A DNA stretch of 44,358 bases from contig JAFPBK010000010.1 of the NCBI GenBank assembly GCA_017424105.1, positions 1-44,358 of the forward strand, read 5' to 3'. The notes under the pieces are model-generated. The model had not been told where the DNA came from. It searched no databases and saw only the letters and a program-made list of their open reading frames with translations. The first letter of the stretch is position 1. Each line of letters opens with the position of its first letter. Below, in pieces: positions 44,235 to 44,358 of the stretch. The position numbers and the translations under genes are program-made. Source of the stretch: Kiritimatiellia bacterium. GTDB taxonomy: Bacteria; Verrucomicrobiota; Kiritimatiellia; RFP12; UBA3636.

Positions 44235-44358
44235 ATGGCAGTAAAAGCAATAGGTGTAGCACAAGCTGCAAAAGCCTGTGGATTTACTAAAAGCCACGTG
44301 TCAAGAGTCGCTACAGGTCAGCGAAAGTCGTCAAACACTTTGATTAAGCGGGCAATAG
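44235..44358 (+). CDS. Cro/Ner-like HTH protein, 3'-truncated by the window edge.
   Basis: SD AGGAGA lies 9 nt upstream. MAVKAIGVAQAAKACGFTKSHVSRVATGQRKS is an HTH-like sequence. The frame is open to the window end. Confidence 0.55.
   Translation, partial: MAVKAIGVAQAAKACGFTKSHVSRVATGQRKSSNTLIKRAI

Larger units (their letters stand above)
23886..44358. mobile_element. Prophage with a Mu-like head module and a siphovirus-type tail. The right part lies beyond the window and the exact left att is undetermined.
   Basis: A contiguous block of overlapping - strand virion genes plus a repressor/Cro switch. The compositional and strand switch occurs right after mnmA. No integrase is present in the window. 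Confidence 0.85.

Noticed and set aside
23886-44358. Classification as a transposable Mu-like phage.
   Set aside because: Only head-module genes are Mu-like (DUF935, gpI, DUF1320, G, F). There is no transposase or MuB, no sheath gene, and the late operon is divergent from the early operon. An integrase-based or other lifestyle cannot be decided from this window.

Overview
This is a 44.4-kb window from a low-GC bacterium. The style of the surface proteins suggests the PVC superphylum (Lentisphaerota, Verrucomicrobiota or Kiritimatiellota), but that is inference only.

**Positions 1-23.5 kb (all + strand).** This part is a glycan-degradation and surface-protein locus followed by a housekeeping operon.
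- A 5'-truncated surface protein with an autotransporter-associated beta-strand repeat.
- A GH42-like hydrolase of 1207 aa.
- A discoidin-domain protein.
- A GH5 exo-beta-1,3-glucanase-like enzyme.
- A LarA-family nickel-pincer racemase/epimerase.
- An AT-rich prenyltransferase/terpene-cyclase-repeat protein.
- A DUF4091/GH123-like hydrolase.
- A GH78-like six-hairpin glycosidase.
- A beta-helix repeat protein of about 1520 aa, built from tandem repeats of about 630 bp. Its signal peptide is separated from the body by a 1-nt frame shift.
- The hldD / TatD-family / mnmA operon.

**Positions about 23.9-44.4 kb (mostly - strand).** This part is a prophage that runs off the right edge of the window.
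- It has a divergent XRE repressor and Cro-like switch with repeated palindromic operators.
- A terminator-gated late operon encodes small and large terminase, a DUF935 portal, a Mu-I-type protease/scaffold, the capsid, DUF1320, MuF-like and Mu-G-like proteins.
- A siphovirus-type tail module follows. It includes a G/GT programmed -1 frameshift on an A9 run that the ORF track missed.
- A lysis and accessory (moron) region lies at the left end.

No rRNA, tRNA, CRISPR array, integrase or transposase is visible in the window.

**Most interesting observations.**
- The portal carries an AT-rich C-terminal add-on domain of about 170 aa that looks like a phage-borne BECR/EndoU-type nuclease. It is followed immediately by a 41-codon ORF with a strong Shine-Dalgarno (SD) sequence, inside an unexplained 220-nt gap.
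- A candidate structured sRNA of about 140 nt, with its own promoter and a canonical terminator, lies antisense-oriented between prophage accessory genes.
- A repeat element of about 105 nt occurs twice in host intergenic DNA, with a hairpin that shows compensatory changes.
- Two secreted proteins share an extreme C-terminal LPLxxxL(V/L)I(I)V(K/Q) tail.

All functional calls rest on motif recognition by eye. No database search was run.
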